Source: Paraphysomonas bandaiensis (Eukaryota; Protista; Chrysophyceae). Taken from it: DNA of 64,000 bases. This document shows positions 50,903 through 63,200 of this stretch, piece by piece. The position numbers and the translations under genes are program-made. Each line of letters opens with the position of its first letter. Within the stretch, counting starts at the first letter, position 1. The stretch covers positions 1,221-65,220 of the forward strand of contig CBFFRP010000293.1 in assembly GCA_965644295.1 (NCBI GenBank), read 5' to 3'. The notes beneath the pieces are model-generated. The model was not told the DNA's origin and ran no database searches. It saw only the letters and a list, made by a program, of their open reading frames with translations.

Positions 50903-52017
50903 CTAAACGTTTAACTTGGTAAGGGCATTAAGTACTGCTCTGCCCCCTTGAGTTTCAAGATTATTGAATGTCTCCTCGTCAATAACTCTGGCTGTTTGCC
51001 TATTAGCAACCTAACATAGCGAAAACAGAACAGTGGCAGTTCGTCATATGCAGACGATTATAACATAAAGAGACATACCACAATAGCAGCCGCACTGGCT
51101 TTTATAGGGACTTTACAACACTGCGCAAGATGAAGTAAAAGATAAGTCTCCATTTCCATGGTCATCGCGCTGGGGAACTTTTCCACAACCCGAGACAAGA
51201 TATCGTGGTTGCAGTCGTCGAAATTCTGATCAATCCTGTCTAGTCACAGAGTAAGGAAATCTATTGACAATATCGCCACCACTATTAATCTTACTCTGAC
51301 TAGAATAAAAGGAGTCAGCGGTTACGTTTAAGCCTTTGTGCACTCTATCAGCTCCAACTTCGGATTCCATTTCGCTGACGAGGTGACTGCTCAGCTCTGT
51401 GTTCGATGGAGCCACCTAGAACTGTGTGTAACTAATATGATTAAGCATTGGACATTTTACCTTGTGTAAATGGTACGGTTCAGATTGACCATCTCTGATA
51501 TCTTGCTCCGGAAAATAGTCATAATTTCGGGCGACGAAGCTAGATCCGGCAGAGGCTACAACGATAGATCCCTCCGACGCAGTTTCCACAATGCCCCCAC
51601 AGGTACCAAACCGAATGACTGCCATTGGACCCTCAACAACTGCTCTTGCTTCTCTAACAAAGAAATCCATCATTGAAGGGCCCTATAACATGTTACACAG
51701 GAAAACGCCTGAACATTCAAGTTACCATGCCGATAGCGACAACAGATACATGCACGCCGCGATAGTATCCTGTGATGGTTAGAAACCCTCGAGTTGAAGT
51801 TATTGTCTGAGGAGCAGGATCAGAATCAAATAGTGAAGCAATGACTTTGGCTCTGCTGCTGGTCCCAACAACAACTATTCTGTTAGCAACTGCAGTCATC
51901 ATATGAGTGTCGCCATCCACACCACACAAACCACACACCTTCTCCTCGAGCTGTCTGCATGTGCAAGTTGCGGCCATCAGACATTGGCATGCCATTAGTA
52001 TTCTCATAAACAGACAT
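50903..52017 (-). CDS. uridine/purine nucleoside phosphorylase (PNP_UDP_1), multi-exon
   Basis: ANRIVVVG, RGF.T.TG, AIGMG, IRFGTCG, ADSFYSSQ.R and MEMET motifs. Confidence 0.88.
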
Positions 52018-52187
52018 CGTTGGTGGGGGGTGTCAATAGATTGTGGTGCAGGTCCAGGGATGCGACAGACTCTCAGGCTCGTATGAGTGCAGTGCAGTGA
52101 AGTGCTGCACATGAGAGGAAGAACAACAGCATACAGCACGTATACCATGGTATACCATGCATGCACTGTATATACATGTAAATCTAC

Positions 52188-55100
52188 CGAAGAGAAAAAA
52201 TGTACGGATCACTCTACTGTCGTCAGTACTACAGGCTGGCAATGACACGGATCCAATACTCCCGTTGTTCTTTATCGGTCTACACTACAGGTAGGCAAAG
52301 AAACAAGTCTCTTGACAGATACTACAGAAATTGTTAGTGACAAGAAATTATGAGTCTCCCCTACAGTCATAATACTGTTCTCGTGTACTCATTCATATTT
52401 CTGTGTACATTCTAGACCGTATCCTACAGAGCTACAAATGCACTAAACTGAAAAATACAACCATCAGGGGAACAAAAATAACGACAGACGTTAACTCTTG
52501 TCACTCGCACTTTCTCGTACCAACGTATCACTTTGCTCTGCGCACCCCTGTGGCATGTGTATTGTCTCCCACGATACCACATGACATATACCTGTACAGA
52601 GTACCTTGAAGGGGCTTTGTCAATGCATCTGCAAGCATCATCTTCGTCGGTAAGTGCTGCAAACGAATATTTCCTGCCTTGTAATTCTCTCTGATGATCT
52701 CGCGCCTCACACGTAGATATTTCGATCGATACTTGCCACCACCTTTCATCACAAGCGATAAAGTTGACGTGTTGTCTTGAAGTACCACAGGTGCGCCAAT
52801 ATCGTATCCTTGACCCTTGATGAAATCTGCACACTGTATCACCTGCATCATCATATCTGACAGTCCCACCAATTCAGATTCTGTCGAGTCTTTCGTGACC
52901 ATCCTTTGCTTCGAGGATTTGCACAGAACTGTCGCGCCACCTACCTTAACCACGAGTCCCGTATGTCCTTTGCCATCCTCATGACATGCGAATGCTGAAT
53001 CGATATATCCAGTGACAGCCAGCTCCTTCCCCACACACAATACCAAGTTCTGTTCCCTAGTCGCATTGAGGTAGCGGGCTACTCTGTGAAGCTTTTCCAT
53101 ATCTGCCTGTGTAGGACTCTTCACTTTTGTACTCAGGTAAGCGATTGCAAGCAATATATCCGGTCTCACTCTCTTAGCCAGGTATAATAATTGTGCCACC
53201 ATCTTATGGAACTTTCTCCTCTCATTCTTGCTGATCAATTTAGTCGTAGTGTTCTTAAATAACGCACCAGTAGCTGGTGATGCAGCATTCCCTGTTACAC
53301 CGTGTTCCTGTAGAAAATTCTCTATGTATGACTTCATAGACACCGTGATCTCGCCGTTCTCTGCTATTATTATATGCATGCCTAGGTAGGATAGATTTTT
53401 GTCATCGCTATACTTTACTTCCACAAAACGCTCCCTGAGCTCTTGTACAAGCTTCTTGGTATCTTCCTCCTTGTGTGACATAACCAGTAGGTCGTCGACA
53501 AACACTACCACTGTGCATGTGTGTCCATCAACCACTCTGTTCATTACACATGGGTCTACCTCATTATGTTTGAACCCAATCAATCGCAGGAATCCAGTTA
53601 TAGTTTCATACCACAATCTCGCGCTCTGTATGCATCCATATAATGCCTTGTCTAGTCGTACATACAGCTTGCCGCTCTCGTCCACGTAGGGCTTAACTTC
53701 CGGCGCTACCTTAGATAGTATCGTAGTTAGCATAGGCTCTAGCTCCATGATGACTTCCTCTCCTGTCATCTCCGCATTTAAATACGCGCCTCCAATGTCC
53801 ACCGTTGCTATATGCCGCTTCTCCTTGGCAGCAATTGCTAAGCACATCATGATCGATTGCATCGCTGCTGTTGGCGACGATGTGTCTGTATACAGCTTCC
53901 TGTCTTGCTGTGCCCCATTCGCCACTAGTCGAGCTTTTACTTTCTCAAAGCGACCCATGCCATCGTACTTTGTCTTGAGGAACATTAGCGATCGGATTGT
54001 CTTCTTCAATTGCTTCTTTGACAACTGCTTCTTCTGCACCGGACTCATAGCCTTCTTCTCATGCAATAGTTGCTTTAGCTCTGCAACAATGGCTTTATAT
54101 GCTGTAGGTCCATACTCCTGCAATCCTTTCATAACACTTGTATGGTAGGCTCTATACTCCACCGGCTTAGACGACTGGATTCCAGAATCATCTCTCACTT
54201 GCTCTCCATGATCCTCACCGATGCTATTGTTTACCGGCACATTACGCTCACCGTCGTCATTGTCGTCACCGTCGTCACCAACAAGCTGTGGAACATCTTC
54301 ATCTTCATTCTCTGCTGAGTCGACTACATCTTCATGACTCGTTCGCGACTCTAGTTGTCGTTCGCCCTTCGCTGATTCTTCCAAGTAAGTCGAGTTATGA
54401 TCCTCTTCATTAGACTCATGTCCCTCTGGCAGGTTCATCTTATCCTCCTCTCTATCCAGCCCATCTTTCGCATCAGTCTTCTGTAGCAATGGTGTCATAT
54501 CGTCTCTTCCACTGCTATTATCACACGTCTTTGCTGCATTATTCATTGCGTCTATTATGAGCTGTGTTGTTCGCATCTTTACCCAGTTAGTTCTTCTAAT
54601 TCTCTTCTGTGTCTTGATATTGAAGAATACCCAACTACCGTTAGCATTGCCAGTAGGATACAATGCTATGCATGGCTCCGTACGATCCTGCTCGGCATTA
54701 TTACTCCTCACCTTAGGATTGTAGCACTCCACGTAGTCTCCAAATGCCACATCTAGTTCTTTTCTGTAGTTCGGCTTTCTCCCAGTGAAAGCTACTCGTG
54801 GAGCGACGATGGAATGACTTGTCGATGGTCTTCTCAGATTCATGCGACTGTTCGCATATTTCACTAAGTCTTCCACGTTCGCATTAGGCAATTTCCACGG
54901 TAGACCTGCATTCACACTTCTTATGATCTCCTTCAGCCTTCTTATCTTGCTATCGACCCTATCCATATGATCTCCAGCACCGCTGATGTCTATCTCCACC
55001 CCTGTAATCTTTCCTCGAAGTGGTTGAAATCCCGGCTGTGGATCCAGGTATGCTATCCTCGGTGTAAATCCATGGCTGCGCAATAGACTCACTTGCTCTT

Positions 55101-57286
55101 GCAGAGCTAGTCCAAGATCGTCTGTTCTCTCACTCGGTAGTGCCGCCACCAAAGTTAGTCCAAGAGGCTCCGACAACGTGATCATGAAGGGTTGCTTCCT
55201 CACATAGAATAAGTCCGTATATAACCGCTGACTCTTTTGCTGCGACGCCTTCAATTCAATATCCACGTGTTGTCTGCGTACCTTCTTTTTGGTGTGTTTT
55301 CCTCTGATAGCCTCACACGGTTTGCCATATATATCGAACGACCTTCTGATATCATTTGCCGTCAGCTGCACCCCTGTGATGTTGCCGTCACTCACGAGGT
55401 TTATCGCATCTTGTTCTGAGTCAAAACCAGAATTGCGTATTAGTTCTCGAGCTTCTCTCGCCCTAGCAACTTCGCCTCTTGTGTATTTTTGTTCTTCCAT
55501 GCTTGTTGATGTAACATTAACATTGCCTTCTGCCCAGTCTCTCATATCAGCTACATACATTTTGTTCCGCCTTCTGAACACTAGTTCTTTGTTTTGTAGA
55601 TACACAGTGTACGATACACCCGGTTCATAAGCCACTGGATACATATCTTCCACATCGGCCTGGCATAATACACTCACACGTAGGTCTTCAGCCGTCTTAC
55701 ACGTGAAGAAATGATCCAGCTCTCCCACGTTCGGTAGTTCTACGGCGTGTCCAGATAGACCGGCTACCGTGCACTTTCTGCTTGCTGGCCTCACGTCCTT
55801 CAGCAACCACGGGTGTACAACTGATACGTCCGCCTGGTTGTCTAGAAGCACCTCGTACCACTCAAAACGCTCACCGCTCGATGCATATGCGTTCATTGTT
55901 GTGACCGAGCACTGTTTTTCCTCCGGCTCTACATTATCGGGACAATCACTCAGTTTGTGTCCGGGCTCTCCACAACCCCAGCACACCATGGGTTTCCTCG
56001 GCCTATTACCGCGACGTCTCGGCTCCTGGTCATCATTGGCCTTCTGTTTTCTGTCCATTTCACTCGCACGCCTTTGCTTGGTGGATTGTTCCTTCTGGCT
56101 GACAAATGCTACTCCACCATTCGATTTTGCTCCTCTCCTCGGGGTAAGATACTTCGATGCTTTAGTGTAGATATCGTTGACGTGCTCAGGTGGCTTCTGC
56201 GTGCCCATCATCAGATCATTTAGATAATTTGTCTTGAATTCCCCATAACGGGCATCATCCAATCCCCTAAAGAAATCCATGGCTATGTCCTCATCATCCA
56301 TTCTCGGATTGTCGGCGTCATTGTACGCATCTAGTAGGAAATCGAATCTCTCCTTGTAGCCCACTATGCTCTCGAAGGGACCTTGTTTTGCGTCTTGATA
56401 TTTCTTCCTAGTCTCTGCACGGACGACCGCTTCGACATTTGAGCTCGTTGCTGACTTATGAGTCTCCTTTACAGCCAACCACAGCAGCAGAGGGTCCTTG
56501 GTCGAGTTGATTTTGTCGTATTCTGGTGTGAGCTTTATTGCGTCAATTGATTCATTGCTCAGATGATTGTAGATGAATGCATAGAAAGCAGTCCGATTCG
56601 CCTTCATTTCATTAATCAATTTCGCCCTTGCCTTCCTGGCATCCTTCATATCTTCAGCGTTAAATCCGTGGGGGTCGTTTTTTAAGTTATATTCTGCAGG
56701 GTTTACACGCGGCGGTTCATAGTACTTGTCCAGTTCGATTAGCCTTGCCAGGTCTCCATATCTCTCCATTCCCTCGGCCACAAGCTTCTGCTTGAACGTC
56801 GCCAAGTTGGTATTGGCACCATATTTCAGTATTGGCACAGACGTGGACGCACTGTTGCTCGCCGAACCCCTAGCCCTTTGTTCAAATCGCTTCTGAAACT
56901 TCTTGTTGGATCTCATTCTAATTTCTTGTCACGAAGAGAAAAAATGTACGGATCACTCTACTGTCGTCAGTACTACAGGCTGGCAATGACACGGATCCAA
57001 TACTCCCGTTGTTCTTTATCGGTCTACACTACAGGTAGGCAAAGAAACAAGTCTCTTGACAGATACTACAGAAATTGTTAGTGACAAGAAATTATGAGTC
57101 TCCCCTACAGTCATAATACTGTTCTCGTGTACTCATTCATATTTCTGTGTACATTCTAGACCGTATCCTACAGAGCTACAAATGCACTAAACTGAATAAT
57201 ACAACCATCAGGGGAACAAAAATAACGACAGACGTTAACTCTTGTCACTCGCACTTTCTCGTACCAACGTATCACTTTGCTCTGCG
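52188..57286 (-). mobile_element. Full-length Ty1/copia LTR retrotransposon (copia-2) with CG...CG termini and a non-tRNA PBS
   Basis: 355-bp LTRs at 52188-52542 and 56932-57286 (one mismatch seen); 5-bp TSD TCTAC (52183-52187, 57287-57291); PPT-like AGGGGTG abuts the 3' LTR. Confidence 0.96.
52528..56916 (-). CDS. copia-2 single Gag-Pol ORF (1462 aa, intact)
   Basis: CWGCGEPGHKLSDC knuckle, LLDNQA protease, integrase, RT (KARLVANG, DIGGAYL, FVDD) and RNase H (IDSAF, QDN, ADALTKP). The stop lies inside the 3' LTR. Confidence 0.96.
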   Translation of the reverse strand: MRSNKKFQKRFEQRARGSASNSASTSVPILKYGANTNLATFKQKLVAEGMERYGDLARLIELDKYYEPPRVNPAEYNLKNDPHGFNAEDMKDARKARAKLINEMKANRTAFYAFIYNHLSNESIDAIKLTPEYDKINSTKDPLLLWLAVKETHKSATSSNVEAVVRAETRKKYQDAKQGPFESIVGYKERFDFLLDAYNDADNPRMDDEDIAMDFFRGLDDARYGEFKTNYLNDLMMGTQKPPEHVNDIYTKASKYLTPRRGAKSNGGVAFVSQKEQSTKQRRASEMDRKQKANDDQEPRRRGNRPRKPMVCWGCGEPGHKLSDCPDNVEPEEKQCSVTTMNAYASSGERFEWYEVLLDNQADVSVVHPWLLKDVRPASRKCTVAGLSGHAVELPNVGELDHFFTCKTAEDLRVSVLCQADVEDMYPVAYEPGVSYTVYLQNKELVFRRRNKMYVADMRDWAEGNVNVTSTSMEEQKYTRGEVARAREARELIRNSGFDSEQDAINLVSDGNITGVQLTANDIRRSFDIYGKPCEAIRGKHTKKKVRRQHVDIELKASQQKSQRLYTDLFYVRKQPFMITLSEPLGLTLVAALPSERTDDLGLALQEQVSLLRSHGFTPRIAYLDPQPGFQPLRGKITGVEIDISGAGDHMDRVDSKIRRLKEIIRSVNAGLPWKLPNANVEDLVKYANSRMNLRRPSTSHSIVAPRVAFTGRKPNYRKELDVAFGDYVECYNPKVRSNNAEQDRTEPCIALYPTGNANGSWVFFNIKTQKRIRRTNWVKMRTTQLIIDAMNNAAKTCDNSSGRDDMTPLLQKTDAKDGLDREEDKMNLPEGHESNEEDHNSTYLEESAKGERQLESRTSHEDVVDSAENEDEDVPQLVGDDGDDNDDGERNVPVNNSIGEDHGEQVRDDSGIQSSKPVEYRAYHTSVMKGLQEYGPTAYKAIVAELKQLLHEKKAMSPVQKKQLSKKQLKKTIRSLMFLKTKYDGMGRFEKVKARLVANGAQQDRKLYTDTSSPTAAMQSIMMCLAIAAKEKRHIATVDIGGAYLNAEMTGEEVIMELEPMLTTILSKVAPEVKPYVDESGKLYVRLDKALYGCIQSARLWYETITGFLRLIGFKHNEVDPCVMNRVVDGHTCTVVVFVDDLLVMSHKEEDTKKLVQELRERFVEVKYSDDKNLSYLGMHIIIAENGEITVSMKSYIENFLQEHGVTGNAASPATGALFKNTTTKLISKNERRKFHKMVAQLLYLAKRVRPDILLAIAYLSTKVKSPTQADMEKLHRVARYLNATREQNLVLCVGKELAVTGYIDSAFACHEDGKGHTGLVVKVGGATVLCKSSKQRMVTKDSTESELVGLSDMMMQVIQCADFIKGQGYDIGAPVVLQDNTSTLSLVMKGGGKYRSKYLRVRREIIRENYKAGNIRLQHLPTKMMLADALTKPLQGTLYRYMSCGIVGDNTHATGVRRAK

Positions 57287-58980
57287 TCTACACACGGACA
57301 GGAGCAGCAGGTGTGTGTATACCGGTACTGTATTCGTGGTATACTGCTGCATACTGTACCGGATGGTGTGTGACTGACGTGTGATGGCCCGTTGTATGCT
57401 CTCATCCATCGCGGGTCTGGAGGAGGTGGGTGCAAGCTGAGGTCTGGAAAATGACTCTGGCATATTATTTGTTGGGACATTCAAAAATATGTGTATTATC
57501 ATATGGCACACACTCCATAGTGGAAGTGTCACTTTATCAGGTTTCACAAACAAATGCATGATATATACTGCATCGTACTATGTACTACAGGAATCCATGT
57601 GATGCGATTGTTGTATGGCGTAGGTAGACTTACTGATACATTTTACTTTTGTGTCAGTGGCTAGCTTAACGCTATCTGTATAAAGATAATCAGTATGGAT
57701 TGGTCATTAAGTGTCAAGGTTAATGGGATTGTATCACTTCTAGACGTTGAATTTTGAAATATGTATCTATCAACATCACTCGTCCAGTTATGAATTCCGC
57801 AGCTAAGCGAACAACAATTTACGATTTAAATATGTGTCGCTTTTTGATTGAGTTACATCACACTGCATTTTGGTACTTTACTAACGAATATGTCATCTTG
57901 GAGGATCACGAAAATTTATACAATTGGTATACAGTTGCGGTCACATCGGAGAGTATCAAGGTGTGAAGTCATTCGAATAAACGTATTAAGGTGTTGAAGT
58001 AATTCGAATAAACGTATTTTTCTTGTCTCAGAAGCTCTAAGGACAATACATACTTTCATTATTATGAGGAAAATTTTATTCAACGTAGTCAATTTGGTTG
58101 TAATACTTAGGCACATTATTTTGGTGGAATAACCTAGTCAAAGTAATAAATGACTTAACCTAGTCAATTTTGGTATTCAAACTAGATGTTCTTATATCCA
58201 TTGATTACATACTGTGACTGCTAAAGATACCTATATCACCACACAATATATTAGTGGCTTACAGAGCATCAAATCAAACATTCAATCATAACAGTGAACT
58301 CATATATACATATCTACTTAACACAGGAGTATATATGTCTATCCAGCCTATTTATAGGTTATAAGTATATAGCGTTGGGTCCCCTGTGAGTGTTATGGGG
58401 AAGAAGGGTCCATGAAGCTGTGGATATAACTCATAACTCACACTATGATCTGCAGGACATCTCGAGATCTAAATATGCTATGAGTGGTAGCGCTCATCTT
58501 CCTTCACTTCTCTAATGATTGCATTGGCTTCCAGGAACGCATAAATCGCCATGTTTTTAGACCAAGAAATATAAGAAGGAGGTTTTCAGGACACAAAGCA
58601 AGATCATATATCATAAAAACAGCATCATGAAGTGGACTGTAGAGCTGCAGCAGAACATCAGTATCATGAGGTGTGTTTCGTGCAAAGTCATACCGTATCA
58701 TAAGGAGTGTGTTGTGCAGTGGAGCCATTAGTCATACTACAATTCGAAAACAATAAGTTATAACAACACCTCTAGGTTGCTAGGTCGACGTCTATCGATA
58801 TTTGATGGACGCCCTATAATTTATAGAGAACAATTCCACTTTACCAAAAGGCATCTATAGATGTAATAAATGGTAAGCTATTGATAATAAAACATTCCCT
58901 TAGCGCAGGGAAATAATTATTAATTCAAATAACGCAAGCAGCTCCAATATCCATTATGAAAATTTATCGATATGCTAACA

Positions 58981-61040
58981 TCATACTGCGTTTGCTTTGC
59001 ACGGATTTTTATGCAGCTTATGGTGCTTGACCTGACACTCCCGAGAGCAATACCGTACTCTCTTACATCTTCCACACAGCTGAAGATTTTGAGTGTTTTT
59101 ACACCCAGAAGCAGCACATACGGGCTGATCAACATTTCCACGCAGATTAATGGCTTCGAGTGTGCGATTGAACGTATGTTCATAGTTGGCCAGTGTTCGC
59201 TTTACCAAATCTTTGCAGAAGCACTCACCATCAATAAACATTCCCATCCCTGTCAAGAGGACATTACATATTTCACTCGTATCAGAAGTCTACCTAGCTT
59301 ATTAACATCTTCTTCGTAATCTTTTGCTTCTTTGCTAAGTCGTCTAATTGTGCTCAAGTCGTATGTCTTTCCCTCCCCACCCATAATAATATATCCCGCC
59401 AAATCCCACCTATAGAGACGATGTAATGGCTAATACATACGGCAACAAACTTTTACCTTGTCTTCGCAGCCGCAAATGCGTTATTATTGTACAGGCTTGC
59501 GTTAGTCATGCCTCTCCGAAGAGCGACACACACAGCAACCGGGTTTGTCTGCACAGAGCACAACCAGCCCATGTTCCAGTCACCCTGTCCATCCCCCATG
59601 ATATCTGTGAATATTATCAATTCATATCGCCATTCGGAAAATATATATTTTCAAATTCATTCTTCGAAAGGGAATTGCTATGTAAGTACCTCGGGATGTC
59701 ACACAGCAAAAGATAAAGTACCTGAGCACGACCGAACTCTCAATTCATTTTCAGCAGTTCGTTGCATGCAGATATAGAACTCTATTCTTTTCTGAACGAC
59801 AAGAAGCAATTTCACATTCAAAGTAGCACACATGAAATGAATACAGGAGCAAAATTACCAGCAGTATCATTTTGTCAATTGTGACGTCTCTGCCAAAGTC
59901 CATCTGGTTAGGCTTGCGAAATATGGCTCGGATTATTTTCACCGCTGATGTGCTAAGCATATGTCGCATCAAAGAAAATGCTCCATTTATACCATCTGCT
60001 TGCCCGTCTGCTTGCAAGCATTAGTTTTCAAGCAAACAATAATAACAGAGCTAAGAAACGTCACTAATGCAGAGCAAAACTTGAGTCATGTCAGGTGAAC
60101 TACCTCGAACTTTCCCAATCACCCGAACAGCCTGTGGATGGTATGAAATAAACAGAGCAAGCTCCTGCATGGTGGTGTCAGTCTCATGCAGGAAGTCCGA
60201 TGACATAATATTGCGCTCAATATCTGCATCCGACAAAGTACATTAGTTCAACTGCTGGAGAGTAACTTTTGTAGACTCTGATTTTACCTTCAAGTTGCTT
60301 CCTACATTCTTCTATACAGCGCATTGCAAATAGCGGTTGCCCGAGAATATTTCCACGCAGTCCTACAAGTGCATCATTACAACCTCGTACACAAATTGAG
60401 GATACAAAAGAATCCATGGTAGGGGAAATATATGATAACACATTTACGTGTTATAATCAACACCTGTAACCTATGACTAAATCCCACCTTCTGCATACAG
60501 ATAAAGCCAGTTGCTAAAACAACCCTGCATCAATAGTCCCGGTGGCTTCCTCCAAAGTTCTTCTGACCAAGAGTCCGTTAAGTGATACGCTAACTCGAAC
60601 TCGGGCCAGGGGCAGCAGTCTCCCTTTATCTGGGTACCCATTAAAGGAATCCGGCTTTCTGATAACGCGTTTTGCCATACTATGCGAGAAATATAGTCAA
60701 ATTTATCGTCAGTCAGAGAGGGCACGCTGATAATATCATTTGACGACAAGTTTTCCATGACATCTCCTGTTCTCAGAAGTACCACACTAACAGATTTCAA
60801 TTCCTCGTTATAACCAATTATACTTCCAAAGGGATCAGCTGCACCAGCAACTTTAACCACCTCAGCGAGTCGAATAGGCCCTGTGTCACCTTCTCCAAGC
60901 ACTGTCCTCGGGATATCCTGTAAATCATCAATGAGGCCGAATGCAAGGGCATATCTCCTTAGAGTAGTCGACTCCTCCTGCCCCGCTAGCACACTCTCAC
61001 GACATCGCCGCAATCGATCGATAATGTCAACACCAGACAT
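58981..61040 (-). CDS. MYND zinc-finger protein, multi-exon
   Basis: C-terminal CAASGC...CGRCKRVRYCSRECQVKHHKLHKNPC; upstream ORF pieces are separated by GT-AG introns. Confidence 0.8.
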
Positions 61041-61511
61041 TGTTAACAAAACACTGCTCTCATATCATCATCACAAGCACTGCCTGTCCACAAACCAGAG
61101 TGCGCACATTATACATGTACACAAGCACCCCTACAAGACACCACTCTCCATATACAAAAAAAAAACTTTTTTCTAGCAGATATTCGAATATCTGGATATT
61201 CATCGCAGGAAGTTGGTGTTTTCTCATTCCTATTGGTATTCACAAGAATTTAAAATCGCTTGATATCGACCCAAGCGGCAAGCACGTCTCAGCGATGTTC
61301 GAGCCATGTTTCGTAATCACCTACGATGAGAATGTCATCTTCCTACTCTTCACTTTCAAGACATAGAGATATCACAATATCTGCAGCCGATGCTCTGATT
61401 TTGCTCGATCGCGGTAACTGCAAGAGAGAATACATAGTGAGCATGTGTCTGTTTTTACTGTTCATCAAATTGATTGATGATTGATAGAAAGTGAACCTCC
61501 AGATGAAGTTG

Positions 61512-61570
61512 ACTCACTCAGTAACACCTAGTTAACTCACTCAGTGACACCTAGTTAACTCACAGTGACG
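61512..61570 (+). repeat. short tandem repeat (23-bp unit, about 2.5 copies)
   Basis: ACTCACTCAGT(A/G)ACACCTAGTTA is repeated. Confidence 0.8.
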
Positions 61571-62154
61571 CACAACTTACTACGAGACAGTATTAGAGGC
61601 CTCCCTAAACCTAAACCCTGTAAGGACTGGGAGGCACTCTCCTAATCACATATACAGCATCAGATATGTCACTTAAACTATTCGTTAATATTCTTGAAGT
61701 TGCAACGAAGTCCTGGTTTTGAAGATAGATCATTCTGATCTTCTACATCAAATGAAGGATGGAATACAACTTGGAGTGTTTGATGATCTGCTTTTGTTAA
61801 TTGGCTGATCGTGTAACAAGATGAATCACTTACTAATGACTGTCAATATCAAAATTAAGATAGAAGAGTGTTTCCAGTGAACCGAATATTGAAGTTGAGT
61901 GTTTATAGTTGCCCGGCGCTAACATGAGCGTTTTGCTGTACCCAATTCAGACAATATGGGGATAGTAGCTTAATTGCCATTTTAACTACCTCAATACAAT
62001 ATCGTGATCAGCGAAAACAGTACTGCTTGTAGTGGTTGACCTATGGTAAATAATATTGCTTATTTAGTTACTTCATCGATCCATTTTCAAATGTAAATTC
62101 TGTACAAGCATAAGCACACACAAAAGAGTTTACATGGCAAAAGACAACTGGTTA

Positions 62155-63161
62155 TCACGCAAACACGTATGCATAGCACGTATCACATTTCTTAGATTCC
62201 ATAGGAAAGTATCTGATATTCGGGTTAGGCCCTGCATCCAGAGTGCCACCCTGCTTTATGTTGCCGGGTCCAAGGCCTTTGTTCCTTGTTTCATTCACGA
62301 AAAAGTTCGCAAAGTACTGCATTGCTCGTATTGCGTCGGTGCTGCACATTTTGCGTGTTATAAGGTGATACAGAATAATAACTAGTATATGACATTACTA
62401 TATAAACACAGCAATCACCTGTGATCCACAGCGGCGTGGTCATAGTCGTACGCATTGGCCTCTGGATGCCACTGAACAGCATATATAGGTCTTGTCGCAT
62501 GCTCGAAAGTGCTTACAAAAGGCACACCCAGCCAGTCAGTATTGACACTTAATGCAACGTAGTTTTCCGGTACCATGATCGACTCAAATGTGGTAGGAGT
62601 AACACCATAATGATGCCAATTTACAGTGTAATTATGAGCAGTGAGCAGTGTGTATACATCTTCCGGTATATTACCAAAGAGCTTTGATTTCCGTGCTGCA
62701 TCGATTACGTTAAGCGGCAGTAACTGATATTCCGAATGATAGTTTGATAACACATCAACACCACATGCAGTAATATCGATGATAGTTTGAAACCCCAAAC
62801 ACGTGCCCCACAGGGGCATATCATACTTGAGTGAAAGGTCTAATAGCAATGATGCGGTTCGAAAATACCTGTCAAAATCGGTGGGTTTAGAAGGCCCACC
62901 TGTAAAAAATACTCCAGAGAGTGTATGAAACTGCGCTTCGATATCATCAGCAGTCGAATTGAAATAGATAGGAGTCACAACTGCTCCACCTGTCTCAAGA
63001 AAGCGCACATACGATGAGTCTACAAGAGAATAATTTATCCCATCCGCTTCTGCACTAACGGGTTGAGTCAATATACCCACAACAGGCTGAACGTGAGGGG
63101 GCAATGGAAAAGCCACTGCAACAGCAGCTAAATACAGTATCGTTAGTGCAGTCTCGCGCAT
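62155..63161 (-). CDS. GGH: gamma-glutamyl hydrolase (peptidase C26), 1 intron
   Basis: Signal peptide, PVVGILTQP, SYVRFLE.GG, WGTCLGFQ and VQWHPE motifs. Confidence 0.92.
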
Positions 63162-63200
63162 TGGTTGTAATGGTGATAGCTGTTCCTACCTTCTCTCACA

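Noticed and set aside
61512-61570. Possible CRISPR-like repeat
   Set aside because: Adjacent tandem copies with no spacers, in a eukaryotic context.
61603-61619. CCCTAAACCTAAACCC telomere-like motif
   Set aside because: Only about two units; insufficient for an interstitial telomere call.
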